Made by a program: the position numbers and the translations under genes
The notes under the pieces: model-generated
What the model was told of the DNA's origin: nothing
The model's input: only the letters and a program-made list of their open reading frames with translations
Databases searched by the model: none
DNA from: Lama glama
Lineage: Eukaryota
Reading direction: 5' to 3'
DNA: 64,000 bases
NCBI GenBank assembly: GCA_028534125.1
Contig: CM052816.1
Coordinates: forward strand, 89,096,001-89,160,000
Shown: positions 12,301 to 24,905 of the stretch, piece after piece
Layout: each line of letters begins with the position of its first letter
Position numbering within the stretch: the first letter of the stretch is position 1

Positions 12301-12979
12301 GAAATCTACAACTTTATAGATGTACGAACATTGCATAAAAACCTGTTTAAACATTCTCGTGTGGTGGTGTACATTGCCTATTCTAATTATAGGGTCACTC
12401 TATTTCTACTTAATTTTGAAAGCACAGATACAACCATCATGGTTTATCCAAAGAAAGATGAGAGTATGAATCTTTATTGATTCTTATTCTGCAGACCTCT
12501 CCTGTCATTTAAAGTTTATTTTAAATGCAAATGTGTTATTTTGTATCTGTTAATTTGGAAGGTGACTTCATTATTTTACTTCCTTATTTCAAGGAGTATT
12601 TAGACATTTTATTTAGCTGTTTGTCCCAGAAGCCCAAAGCAATTATTTGCAAATCTATGCACAAAACATTATTTTCAAGAAGTAGTCAATAGTAGGTCAA
12701 AAACCAGTTTAAAAACTCTGTTGTGTATAAGTGCCATCCTGAGCTATTAAAAAAAAATAAGTACTCCAAAATCAAAGCAATAGATAGGACATGTAAAATT
12801 GTGAACATATAAGAACTTACATATTGTAGCAAGAGATAATGCATCCAAATGTGTGTGATCCATATTGTCAGCTGTATATCTGTATGTACATGAATAATTG
12901 CTGTTATTATTACTATTATTATATTTCAGTTATTACTTGAAAAGGAGTCCTGATAAGCTTCCAATTATCATAATCTGAC

Positions 12980-13044
12980 TATCTTAATATAATTAGATCA
13001 AACAAAGGCAAACAAAATATCTTAATATAATTAGATGAAACAAA
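12980..13044. repeat. 27-bp direct repeat, 38-bp period
   Basis: tatcttaatataattagatcaaacaaa (12980-13006) and tatcttaatataattagatgaaacaaa (13018-13044). Confidence 0.9.
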
Positions 13045-14334
13045 ACAAGATATTTGAGGCAGAGTTTGGGATAAGCCATTTCTGATTTCTGAATTGCCCA
13101 TAGGCCAGCTCAACCCAACATCAGTGGTCATTCTGAAAAATATATCCTTCAAAAATGTTGTCCCATCTAAGGTAAAAATAATGGCTTTACATGAGGTGCC
13201 ACTTCTTCAATATAAGTCATAAGATTATCCAGGCATCCACGGAATCTCAGAATAAACACCCCTTCAGTAGACATGTAGATGTACCTGAAGGTCATGAGAT
13301 AAACAAGTTCATTAACAATGATTTCTTTCTCTCATCTTTTAATTTTTTCCCACCCTTTTTATTTCCTCCTTTTTCTTGTTGTCTTTCATTTTCTTCTCCT
13401 CCCCTTATTTTTATGTTTGCAACAAATGCTATATATTAGAAGCATAGAAATTCTAATACAAGTATTACTGTGTCTAATATAAGCTAGATTATATTAGTAT
13501 ATATACTGACTTCTCTCTTCTTTTCTGGACATTTCTTAATGTTATATTTCACGAAATAAAATTACATAAATGTCTCATTACTAAGCAGGATTCCACTGGC
13601 TTAGCATGACCATAAGCAAATTCCCTTTATTCAGAAAATAAAAATTTTGGTTCAAAACACAGTGACTTTGCAATGGAAATAGTTTGAGTTGTTTCCAAGG
13701 GGAAATGATGCAAAATAAAATTTATTTGAGAACTTCTTGGTGTGCATAGTTAAGGTAGGGTATTTCATTCCTACCACTCAATGGAAAAATAGGAGAAGGG
13801 CAATGAAAGGAGAGAAAAAATATTTCAAAGAAATGAGTAAGAAATACTAGATAAGATCACATAATAGGCTTTGCAGTTAGCAAAATTTAAAAATGTTACT
13901 TTTACCTAAGAATGCTTCCCTCAAAATTCAGATGACTGCTAGTGTAAATTTGATGCTCAGATAGGCTCAAGAAAAGATTTAACTGTCATTTCCAAAGGTA
14001 GACATATGAAAATGTGCGTTGGAAATGTAAATGCACTGAAGTGGAATTATACGTATTCAATATTGTCAGAAACCACAGTAGAAGAACCATATAGATCATG
14101 AACAGGTAAACACAAGCATTTGGATCTGCTCTTATCTAAAAATGCTTAATTCAAATAATAATTTTATTAATTGTTTAACTTTTTAGAGCATTCTGAAGAT
14201 GATGACTAATGACTCTAAATTTTTTTTATGTACACTTTTACTAATAGCTTCAACACTGAGAAAAAACACTGAAAAAAATACACTTCAGAGCTAATGACTC
14301 TGTTTCTGTCATTCCCATTTTAACAAAAATATAA

Positions 14335-14408
14335 ACATCATTTCCCAGTCCATCTGTAAAACAAGCAGTGAGATGATCTCTAATGCTCTTCCAGCCATAA
14401 CAGTCTAC
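14335..14408 (+). mobile_element. MIR3-like SINE fragment
   Basis: 'catctgtaaaac...gagatgatctctaatgctcttccagc' resembles the MIR3 3' end. Confidence 0.5.
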
Positions 14409-16819
14409 AGATACATGAAAATATGCTCAATCCTTTCTGCCAGTATTTCATGGAAATATGTATCCCAAGCAAAAATGCTAAATTAATTGCAATAATCACA
14501 GATTAAGTTGCCAAATTTACCATGTACTACAAGAAAAGATACTGTTTGAAATTTTAAAAATACTGAGTCCTCTGGACTTGCAGATTTTTCCAAAAAAGTT
14601 GTAAACTGTTAATATACCATGGCCCTGCTGCTTTCAGTGTAGAATTTTGTGGGAGATATTTCCATTCAGTGAAAGATCACTGATTTGTATTAAAGCATCA
14701 TTTCTCAATGATGATACCACTTTCTTTCCTTTTCTGGATGTTTCTAAGACCTCTGTGTCCTTGGGAAGTCCATTTCAGTGGTCACCTCAGTTAAGGGTGA
14801 GTCTCAAGGTGTATTTCAAAGATGCGAAGGTTTAATCTTCCAAGCTATTAAAAGTTTCATGCAGTTACCTCCCACAGTACCCTCAGTGTAACTGAAAGTA
14901 TCAAGGACTTTTAATCCCAAATACACTGTGGCGTAGAATAATCCTCTTTTAATTGGGCAAAAGAAACACAGGAAGAGAAATTCATTTAATGTGGCTAAGG
15001 CTTCTTTTTCTTCCAAGTGGTTCCCTGATACCCATGTCTCAACTCAGCATTCAATTATCTTGTAGTTTTCCTCTAGGATCTTCTTGTTGCTTCATTGGTC
15101 CCTAGATTCATATTAAGATCTAAGATGGGATATAGTACTTGAGGAAAAGGAGTGATAGAAGCAGCTGCGGTGAGAACTGTGAGAATTTTAGAACATGCTA
15201 TTTCCCAAATTAGGTATCTTGTATTTGCTTTGTTTAAAAATACCAATTTAAGTAGTAAGGAGGCTCATTAGCCTGCAATTTACTTTCGAAGGATATTCTT
15301 AGCGATGATGTAGACCTCCAAGTTGGCAGATGACTTCTCTTTAGCTTGTAATAAGGAGAAATACATCTACATTCTAAGAAGGTGAAATTCAGACTTGAGA
15401 TACTTAGATATAGGTCACACAAAACATCATGTAATACTTTAAAATGTTATTGTGGATGAGAAAAAAAGATTTCAAAGACATATGTTGCCTATGGGTGGGC
15501 AATTTTCAAACTCAGTTTTTAATACTCAGATTTTCTGAATAGTTAGTAAAGATTATGGAAATAGGGCAATGGGTTTTATTCTCTTGCACTTTATATATTA
15601 TTTAAAGCTGTCAGACTCCCTTTTCTAATGTAATATTAATATTAGGAAAGGGTGATACATCGTAGTTTGTAGTGTTTTACGTGTTTGTTAACAAAGGAAA
15701 ATAGTAACTCAATCATATAGGTATTGCTTCAGATTTCAATAATTCTAGATTCTAAATAAATAATTCAGGTGGCTTTCATTTTCTAGAGCTGCATCAGCAT
15801 GCCTGAAACAATAGGTTGATTTTTAAAAATGGTGTTGGGAGGAGAGAAGCAGAAGCCATCATTTTGAGGCGATTATGTCAAAATTATCAGAACTGAGTAA
15901 TAGATTTTGTCTTGCTGCCCTTTGTTTAGTTTATGTCCTTTTAACGTATTTCTTGTAACTTGGGGAATTATAAGTGCTCTCAGCCACCCTAAGGAAGGAT
16001 ATAGCATCAAGTTTCTTGGGAGCTTTATCTTTTGCTAAATCTTAACAGGAATTCTGGCATTATTTTAATAGTAACAGAAAAAAAGAGAGAACACTACATG
16101 CATGAAGTTTAAAGATATTTTCCATATCTGATTGGTCCATAGCTCCTCATTCTTAAAGGGCACATTTTACCTGATATATTCGAATGACTGAGAAGAGTGA
16201 TTTGCACTTTAATTTCAAATCTCAATTTCATTTTGGATGTGTTTACATAGCCTCAGGAAATTATTGCACCTTTATTCTCTAGACAAACCAGGATGAATGA
16301 GTCCATTAAACTTGTTCACCTAAGATTTTAGGAAAACAGGGAAAAAAGATCTGTTTCATAGCATTGCATGAGCTGGTGAGTAGGGTTTTTATTAGAAATT
16401 AAAGATGTTTTAATTAGACATTAGAATTAACTACTAAACCAAGAATTGATTAAGGAATTATTTTCTGTTGAGTTATAATTGTTATATGTTTTTATATGCT
16501 CTTGCTCGATCTCTTATAAGGTTTTAAATTAGAGAATTTTAAAGGGGATTAACTGGAAGTAAATAAAAGTATATTAAATTATTTTCCAATTGTTCAGTGT
16601 TTACATTTATTCTCTGAAAACTACTTGTATTTTTGAATTTATCTCATCGTTGGTGGAACAGGGACTCAGTCACCCAGAACCAAAACTTCAGTGCAGTTGT
16701 TTGCTCTTCCCTCTCCTTCGCCTGAAATTAATCAGAGATAACATCCTATCAACACTTTGTCCACATCCTTAGCACTTATTGTTTCAGTTTTAGATTCACT
16801 GATATGACTGGTCAAAATT

Positions 16820-17460
16820 CAGAATCAACTTTTATGGTCACCAATCACCATCTAGTTCAGCAATCCAATAGCCCCTTGTTGGTTTTCCTTTAAACTGACT
16901 GAACGCACATCCTTAAAACAGTCCTTCACTTTGTCTACCAGAATGACACTTCATTTCTTACCTCTCTGCTCCTCAGTTTATTTGCAAACTTCAATTTTCT
17001 CATCTACCTTGAAGCTCTGTCCTTAACCATCTTCTCTTCTTGACCATGTTTTCCCTGAGTAATCTCATTTACCCCCTTGGTTTGTGTTACCTTCTATACT
17101 TGAGGACCTCTGACATCTTTATCCCTCATCTTAATTAGCTCCCAGATTTGCAGAACAATATTTACAAATATATGCTTTATAAATTTCCTCTGTATGTCCC
17201 TGACATCAAACCCAGATGACAGTGACACTCAGTTACTTCTCCAAAGCTGCCCTAGCTCTAGTATTGTTATTTTGGGGAATGATGTGGAATACTCAAGCTT
17301 ATTACCAGGAAACCACAAACTTTTATTTTTATTTTTTTGGCCACAATCTTTATCTAACTTAACCAGGAATAACCTTCTTTTACTTTTTTGTTATGTACCT
17401 TCCATTCTAAAAACAGTGCCTTGCTTAAAGTTAGCATTTACATCATTGAAAAGATTTTTT
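16820..17460 (+). mobile_element. L2 LINE fragment
   Basis: Pyrimidine-rich, with L2 motifs such as 'ctctgtccttaaccatcttctcttct...tccctgagtaatctcattta...ttaccttctatacttgaggac'. Confidence 0.7.
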
Positions 17461-17461
17461 T

Positions 17462-17825
17462 GAGTAACTGCTATATATCATGCATATTGCAGACTACTGA
17501 AATACATTGAGAAACAAGATAAACTTCTCATTAAAAAAAATTCTAATGAGGGGGCTAAAGGGACAAGATCAACATACAAATAGACATGTAATTTCAGGTA
17601 ACAGACACTGGGATGATAATGAAACAAGGCAATAGAACATGAGTGGAAAAAGATAACTTGGCATAGACTGAGCAAAAGACCTTTCTGAGGAAGTGACACT
17701 TCAACCTCAGATATCAGAAGGAGCTCTCTAAACTGAGTTGCAGAAAAAGCGTCTTAAATAGAAGTCATAGCAGGTGTAAAGGTTATGAGGTTGGCCTAGC
17801 TTCACATGTTTGGGTAATGGAAATA
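17462..17825 (-). mobile_element. L2 3' fragment (opposite orientation to its neighbour)
   Basis: 'aagacctttctgaggaagtgacacttcaacctcagatatcagaagga...gcaggtgtaaaggttatgaggttgg' is the typical reverse L2a 3' region. Confidence 0.7.
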
Positions 17826-18287
17826 ATACTTTTACTACCTGTTTTTGAATGACAACCAATTTTAAAATGATTGTTTTATAACCCTTTACAAAACTAAAAT
17901 TGTAAAACAAAGCTGAGCAATGATATGCGGAAGTTGAATGTTACAGTTCAGGAGCATTTGAGGAGTAAAAGAGTGTTGGTAAGATGTTTTCAGGCTAAGT
18001 TAATAAGAGTAGAAATTATTTTAGTGAACTTGGTTTTAATCTTCATTATCATGTTTTAGCACTAAGCAATCAATCAAGTCAATGAACTACTATTTCTAAT
18101 GAGTTACTAGAATGACAAAAATAATCCATTTGTGACCTACACATTTTAATTAATGATGTGCTCAATCAAAACTTTGCTGATTTGGAATATAATTTTGCAA
18201 TCAACAACTCGATCTACTAGTCAAAGTGATTTCCCCAACATTTGTTTCTTTGATAGTAGATGTATGAAATGTTTTAGCATTGTTTAG

Positions 18288-18582
18288 GTTTTTAATTATA
18301 GTATTGTAAACATACACAAAGTTACAAAAAGAATATAGCTAAGAACCAATTATCACTTCTCAGAAGAAGAGATGTTAACAATATTCCAGATATCCTTTGG
18401 TTATCTCTTTTGTAAAAAGGAATAATATAAGATCACACTTCCTCCTCTGTGCATAGTCACATCATTTTCCTGGTCTTCCTCCTCAGAAGTCATCATTATC
18501 CTGCCGTTGTCTTTCTTATTGCTGGGCATGTTTTTATACCTTTACCACATACGTTGTGTCCAAAAACAGTATGTAGTATTGT
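18288..18582 (-). mobile_element. Old L1ME-like 3' fragment (target of a later L1 insertion)
   Basis: 'ttttaattatagtattgtaaacatacacaaag...agaatatag' and 'cctcagaagtcatcattatcctg' resemble L1ME 3'UTR in reverse. Confidence 0.5.
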
Positions 18583-19126
18583 GAGCTTTGTTTGTTTGTA
18601 TTTAGTGAAGGTGTAATTAATGTATTATTTCCAGGTATACAACATAATGATTCAATATTTGTGTTTGTTGCAAAATAATCACTAAAATAATTCTAGTTAC
18701 CATCTGTCCCTTAACGATTTTTTTTCTTTTTTCCCTTGTGATGAGGACTTTTAAGATTTACTCTTAGCAACTTCCAAATGTGCAATACAGTATTATTATT
18801 TAGCATAGTCACCATGCTGTCATGCTCTACATTACATCCCATGACCTATTTGTTTTATAACTGGAAATTTGTACCTTTTGACTACCTTCAGCCATTTTGT
18901 TCACCCTCAACCCATTGCCTCTAGCAACCACCAATCTGTTCTCTGCATATCTAAGCTTGTTTGGATTTTATTTTGATTTTAAGATTCCCCGCATAAATGA
19001 AAGCATATGGTATTTGTCTTTCTTGGTTTTACTTATTTCACTTGGTGTAATGCCCTCAAGGTCCGTCCATGATGTTGCAAATGGCAAGACTTCATTACAC
19101 GTTATGGCTGAATTGTATTCCACTTA

Positions 19127-19164
<38 letters not shown>

Positions 19165-20601
19165 TCTCCCACATCTTCTTTATCCATTCATCTATCAATG
19201 GACACTTAGGTTGTTTCCAAATTTTGGCTTTTGTAAATAAAGCTATAGTAAACTTGAGGGTATATATATATATATCTCTTTGAATAAGCATTTTCCTTTT
19301 CTTTAGATAAATAACCAGAAGCAGAATTGCTGGATCATATGATAGTTCTATTTTTAATTTTTGGAGAAACCCCCTTACTGTTTTTCAACAACAGTGCACA
19401 AGAGTTTCCTTTTCTCTACATCCTTACTAAAGCTTGTTATTTCTTGTCTTTTTGATAATTCTAATAAGTGTGAGGTGATACCTCATTGTGGTTTTGATTT
19501 GCATTTCCCTAATGGTGAGTGATGATGAGCATCTTTTCATGTGCCTGTTAGTCATCTGTATATTATCTTTGGAAAAATGTGTATTCAGATCCTCTATCCA
19601 TTTTTTAATCTGATTTTTTTGCTACGGAGTTGTATGAATTCTTTTTGTATTTCAAATATTTGTGAATCATGTAGTTGATAATAGGTTAATATTTTATTCC
19701 GTTCCATAGGCTGCCTTTTCATTTGGTTGATGATCTCCTTTGCTGTGCAGAAACTTTTAGTTCATTGTTCTTTTACTTTTTTGTTGTCATTGCTTTTTAT
19801 TTTAAGGGACAGATCCAAAAACCATCGCCAATACTGATATCAAGGAGCTTACCTTCTTATGTTTTCTTCTAGGAATTTTATGGTTTCAGTTGTTACACTC
19901 ATGTCTTTAATTCATTTTGATTTATTTTTGGTGTATACTGTTAAGTTAGTAGTCAAGTTTCATTCTTCATGTGACTCTAGTTTTCCCAACACCATTTATT
20001 GAAGAGATTGTACTTTGCTCATCATATATTCTCCATTCCTTTGTTATAAATTAATTGGCCATATGTATATATGGGTTTATTTCTGGGTTCCTTATTTTGT
20101 TACATTGAGCTGTTACATGTGTCTGTTTTTATGCCAGTACCATCCTGTTTTGATTACAATAACTTTGTATTATAGTTTAAAATCAGGCATTTTGATACCT
20201 CCAGCTTTGTTCTTCTTTCTCAAGGTTGCTTTGACTATTCAGGGTCTTTCATTATTTCATACAAGTTTCAGGATTGTTTTTTCTGTTTCTGTGAAAAATG
20301 TCACTGGAATTTTGATAGGGATCACCTTAAATCTGTAGATTGTTTTGGGTAATATGGACATTTTAACAATATTTTTCTAATCCATGAGCACAGGATATTT
20401 TTCCATTTATTCATATCTTTAATTTTTCATTGATGTCTTATAGTTTGCAGTGTGTACAGGTCTTTTACCTCCTTGGTTAAACTTATTCCTAGGAATTTAT
20501 CATTTTTGATGCAATTGTAAGTGGAGTAAAATTGGATTGCTTTCTTAATTTCTCCCTCTGATAGTTTGTTGTTCATGTATAGAAACGCAACATACTTGTA
20601 T
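18583..20601 (-). mobile_element. 5'-truncated L1 (L1MA9-like), ~2 kb: 3'UTR plus ORF2 C-terminus, decayed
   Basis: Continuous L1 antisense sequence ('tatccattcatctatcaatggacacttaggttgtttcca', 'ctcattgtggttttgatttgcatttccct', 'caacaccatttattgaagaga'). ORF 20427-20618 (AFLYMNNKLSEGEIKKAI...LGISLTKEVKDLY) is L1 ORF2-like. Confidence 0.95.
19128..19162. repeat. (TG)n microsatellite inside L1
   Basis: About 17 perfect TG units. Confidence 0.95.
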
Positions 20602-20789
20602 TTTCTATTGCTAGACATGTTTTTTTATTTTTACCACATACATTGTATCAAAAACTGTATATAGTATTGTTTTTAATGTTGGCTTCTTGGTCTTTGCCTT
20701 GTCCTGTGTAGTCTTAAGTGCCTTTCCACTTGAAAAATCTGTACTTTGTGTTTATAAAAATTTTTCTGTAGAAAATGATGCCCCTGAAA

Positions 20790-21450
20790 GCTGCATCCCC
20801 TTAAGAAAAAAAGCTTTGCTTTAGAGGAATACAGTAAAGTAAAAAGCACTAGGAATCTGTCTCCCTACCTAGACAACAGTTGCCCTGCCACAAGCTGTAT
20901 GATGTAAGTATTTTTGGGTTCTAGAGTCTATTGAAGATGTGCAACTTTCAAAGGAGGGCTTGAACTGTGAATTTCAACTAATTTAGGCCAATTTCATTTC
21001 TTAGCACACTAGCACCTACCCACCCATCCCCATTTCCCAATCCATGACAGACACCTGTGCACATGTTCCTGGAGCAGCTTGCACACAGCTTGTGGAAGCC
21101 AGGGTGGATGTAAAGCACCCTATCTTCCAAATATTTGGGATCTGTGCTCTGATAACTTATGGCTGTTTAAGGTCTGAGAGGATGCAGACAAAGAGGCAGG
21201 CAGCCAGTGCTGTAGTACTTATCCCCATTTTTGCAATCTTCTCTCCCTTGGGCTGAATTGACTTCCAGAGGATTTAAAAGATCAATACCTTTCTTTTTCC
21301 CCTTCATTTTTCTCTTTTGGAAGCCAAACATTAAAACTTTAAATATTATGAGTGGTAAAGAGCCAAACATTAAAAAACAACTGTATATACAGAGGAAATC
21401 AGAAAGTCACCATGCATGTCCATGGGTGCAGGCTGAAAGAAGACCTGAGA
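20790..21450 (+). mobile_element. Probable old L1 5'UTR (L1M3/L1M4-type 5' end)
   Basis: Resembles recalled L1M 5'-end sequence ('aggaatctgtctccctacctagacaac', 'gcacatgttcctggagcagcttgcacacagcttgtgg'). It abuts L1 ORF2 in the same orientation. Confidence 0.55.
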
Positions 21451-22920
21451 ATTCCACCCAACATTACATACATTCTTAAGTGCAGCTGGGCATTTGCCAG
21501 GATAGACCATATGTTCGGCCACCAATTAAGTCTCAGTAGGTTTGAAAAGATAGATGGCACAGAAATAATCATCTTCAACAACAATGAGCTGAAGTTAGAA
21601 AACAATAGTAGGAAAATGGAAAAGCCACTTTTAACAACCCAATGAATAGAAAAAGAAATCATGAATGAAATTGTAAAATACTTAGAGATAAATGAAAATG
21701 AAAACACAACATATCAAAACTTACTGGACACAGTGAAAGCAGTGTTAAGGGGGACATTTAAAGCTATAAACACATTAGAAAATAAGAAAGATCTCAAATC
21801 AAGAAACTAAATTTACAACTTAAGGAACTACAAAAAGAAAAACAAACTAAACCTAAAGCTTGCAAAAGGCATATAATAATAACAACTAGAGCACAGATTG
21901 ACTAGAGAATAGAGAATATCAATGAAACCAAAAGTTGGTTCTTTGTAAAGATCAATAAAATTGACAAACATTTAGTTACATGGACCAAGACAAAGACTCA
22001 AATTACTAAAATCAAAAATGAAACTGGGGCATTCCTACCGATTTTACTGGTTGTAAATTCTAAAGATTTAAAAGCAAGAAGCATGAACAATTGTATAATG
22101 ACAAATTCAAAAACCTAGATGAAATGGAAAAAATCTTAGAAACCTAAAACATATTAATACTGAAACATGAAGAAATAGAAAATCTGAATATACCTATAAC
22201 TAGTAAGGAGATTGAATTATTAATCAAATCTCCTGACAATGAAAATCCCTGGACCTGATGGCTTCACTAGTGAATTCTATCAAATATTTAAAGAAGAATT
22301 AATACCAACTCTTCAACAGTTCAAAGAATTGAATAGGAGGGAAAACTTCTTAATTCATTCTTTGAAGCCAGATTTACCTGATACCAATGCCAGACAAAAA
22401 CACTACAAAAAATATACAGACCAATATCCTTAAGATCATTAAGCAAAATAGTAACAATCCTAATTCAGCAACATATTAAATCTCACTTGGTCATAGTGAA
22501 TAATTATTTTATCCCTGTGATGCAAGGATGATTCAACATATGAAAATCAGTAAAATGCATGACATCAACAGAATGGAGAAAACACACAAACATGATCAAA
22601 TCAATTGATGCAGAAAAAGCATTTGACAAAAACCCCAAACCCTTTCATGATAAAAAATACTCCTTCTAGAAATAGAAGGAAATGACCTCAGTATAATAAA
22701 AGCCATATACAGAAATCCCACAGTAAAATCCCTAATCAATGGTGAAAGACTAAAAGCTTTTCCGCTAAAACTAGAGACGAGGCAAGGAGTCCCATATTTA
22801 CCATTTCTGTCCAATGTAGCACTAGAAGTTCTAGCCAAGGCTATTAGGCAAGAAAAAGAAATAAAATACATCCAAATTGAAAAGGCAGACATAAAATTAT
22901 CTCTATTTGCAAATATGATC
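21451..22920 (+). mobile_element. Decayed L1 ORF2 (endonuclease C-terminus to reverse-transcriptase N-terminal half)
   Basis: ORF fragments [41 protein letters not shown] and KAFPLKLETRQG match L1 ORF2. Multiple stops and frameshifts are present. Confidence 0.97.
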
Positions 22921-23085
22921 TTTTAAATTTATTTTAACATTTTAGGTTTAGGGTTTGCAATAAGTATAGACACAGTAGTTGTAAAAATACTACCGAGAAG
23001 TCCTCTGTGTGCCCATTGTCTCGGTCTCTCAAATGGATCTCAGAACAACTGTGGTATATTTTCAAAGCCAGGAAATCAACATTTT
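22921..23085 (-). mobile_element. Old L1 (L1MC/MD-like) 3' fragment
   Basis: 'agttgtaaaaatactaccgagaagtcc...caactgtggtatattttcaaagccaggaaatcaacatt'. Confidence 0.55.
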
Positions 23086-23234
23086 GTGTCTTTTAAATGG
23101 GGGAAAAAACCAAAATTTTAGGGTTTCTAGGAAGTTATGAAGTGATCAATACAGAGCAACCAGCTGGTATCTGGTACATAGCTGGTGCTCATCTTCAGTT
23201 CTTTTCTTCTTTCCCCTGTTGTTTCATTCTTTTG

Positions 23235-23735
23235 TTTTTCAGTGTTATTTAGTATGACTAAGATGCTTAAAGTATATAATACAATGATTTGATATATGTA
23301 TACATTGTGAAATTATTCTCCCCATTGAGTTAATTAACACATCCGATCACTTCACATGTTTACCTTTTTTAAATTTTTGTGAGAACAATTAAGTTCTACT
23401 CTCTTAGCAAATTTCAATTATATAATACATTGTTATCAACTGTAGTCACCATGTTATACATTAGATTCTCAAAATTTACTCATCTTATAGCTGAAAGTTT
23501 GCATCCTTTCACCAGTTCTCCCTATTTCCCTCATCCCCCAGCTCCTGGCAGCTTTTTCTACTGTTTCTATGAACTTGACTTTTTTTTTTTTAAAGATCCC
23601 ACATATCCATATATAAGTGGTACCATGCAGTATGTGTCTTTCTCTGTCTGGTTTATTTCATTTAGCATAATGTCCTCCTGTCTATGTTGTCTCAAATAGG
23701 ATTTTCCTTCTTTTTAAGACTGAATAGTGCTTATA
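23235..23735 (-). mobile_element. L1MA9/10-like 3' UTR
   Basis: 'atgatttgatatatgtatacattgtgaaat...tactctcttagcaaatttcaattatataataca...gtcaccatgttatacattagattctc'. Confidence 0.88.
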
Positions 23736-24454
23736 TTATTATTATTTATTAAATATTAAATAATATTTATGTTAGATATTATAAATATAGATTAAACTTA
23801 TGGGAATATATATATTATAAAATTGGAAGTTATTGTCTAATAGGTATATAAGATAGACCAGATAAAAAAAGGAAGAGTGACAAGGCTCCTATTTTGTTAG
23901 CAACACCATGCAGCACTGTAAATACACCCAAATTTATTTTCTTGAGTTTCAAATTCTGGCAAAAAAAAAAAAAATCAAAATAAAACATAGAGAAAAAAAT
24001 GAAAATGAATGACCTCGCCAAAGCAGTGTCTAAATCTGCAGTTCATTTCTTATTTCCTTAGAAACAAAACACATAAGATACATATAAGATATACCAATAT
24101 CGACATGATGGCAAAATATGGAAATATTCATCATTAATGAGCAACCTTTCTTTAATTTATAGTTGGGTTAAAAATCAATTAGCCTTTGGTCATTAGAAGA
24201 TTTTCATTTAGTTAAAATCAACTACTGGCCTGAGCAGCTATGGTACAGTACACAGTGAGCTTGAATACATAATGAGTTTGATACTGAAAGTAAGTAGATA
24301 GTATTAATAACTTAGCAAGTTTGTTTAGGTGAGGGTTCTCAGTGATTAACTGAGCCTTACAATAAAGGCTTTAGATAAGTATGCTGTTAATGTTTTATGC
24401 AATGTGGATGGAGTTAGAGAATTGTTTTTGACAGTGAGATTTTCCTTTTTTGTT

Positions 24455-24905
24455 ATTGTATTTATCTCTTTTTGAGGTATATTTACACATAGCATTATAT
24501 TAGTTTCAGAAGTTTAACATAATGATTCAATATGTGTATATATGGTGAAATGATCATCACAGTAAATCTAGTTAACATTTGTCACCATATACAGTTAAAA
24601 ATATTTTTTCTTGTGATGAGGACTTTTGAGTCTCTTAGTAACTTTTGAATATGCAATATAGTATTATTAACGAAAGTCATCATGCTGTAACTTCCACCCC
24701 CAGTTATTTCATAACTGGAAGTTTGTATCTTTGGACCCCCTTCACCTATTTTGCCCACCACCCAACCCCTCACCTCTGCCCACCACCAGTCTGGTCTCTG
24801 TATCTATAAGCCTGTTTGTTTTTTTCTTTCTTTCTTTCTTTTTAAATTCCACATTTAAGTAAGATCATACAGTATTTGTTTTTATCTGTCTGACTTATCT
24901 AAGTT
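24455..24905 (-). mobile_element. L1MA9-like 3' UTR
   Basis: Paralogous to 18600-19030 ('cataatgattcaatat', 'cttgtgatgaggactttt', 'tataactggaa.tttgta'). Confidence 0.88.

Noticed and set aside
12980..13044. Spaced direct repeats as a CRISPR-like array
   Set aside because: Only two copies in eukaryotic DNA with no cas genes. This is an ordinary tandem duplication.
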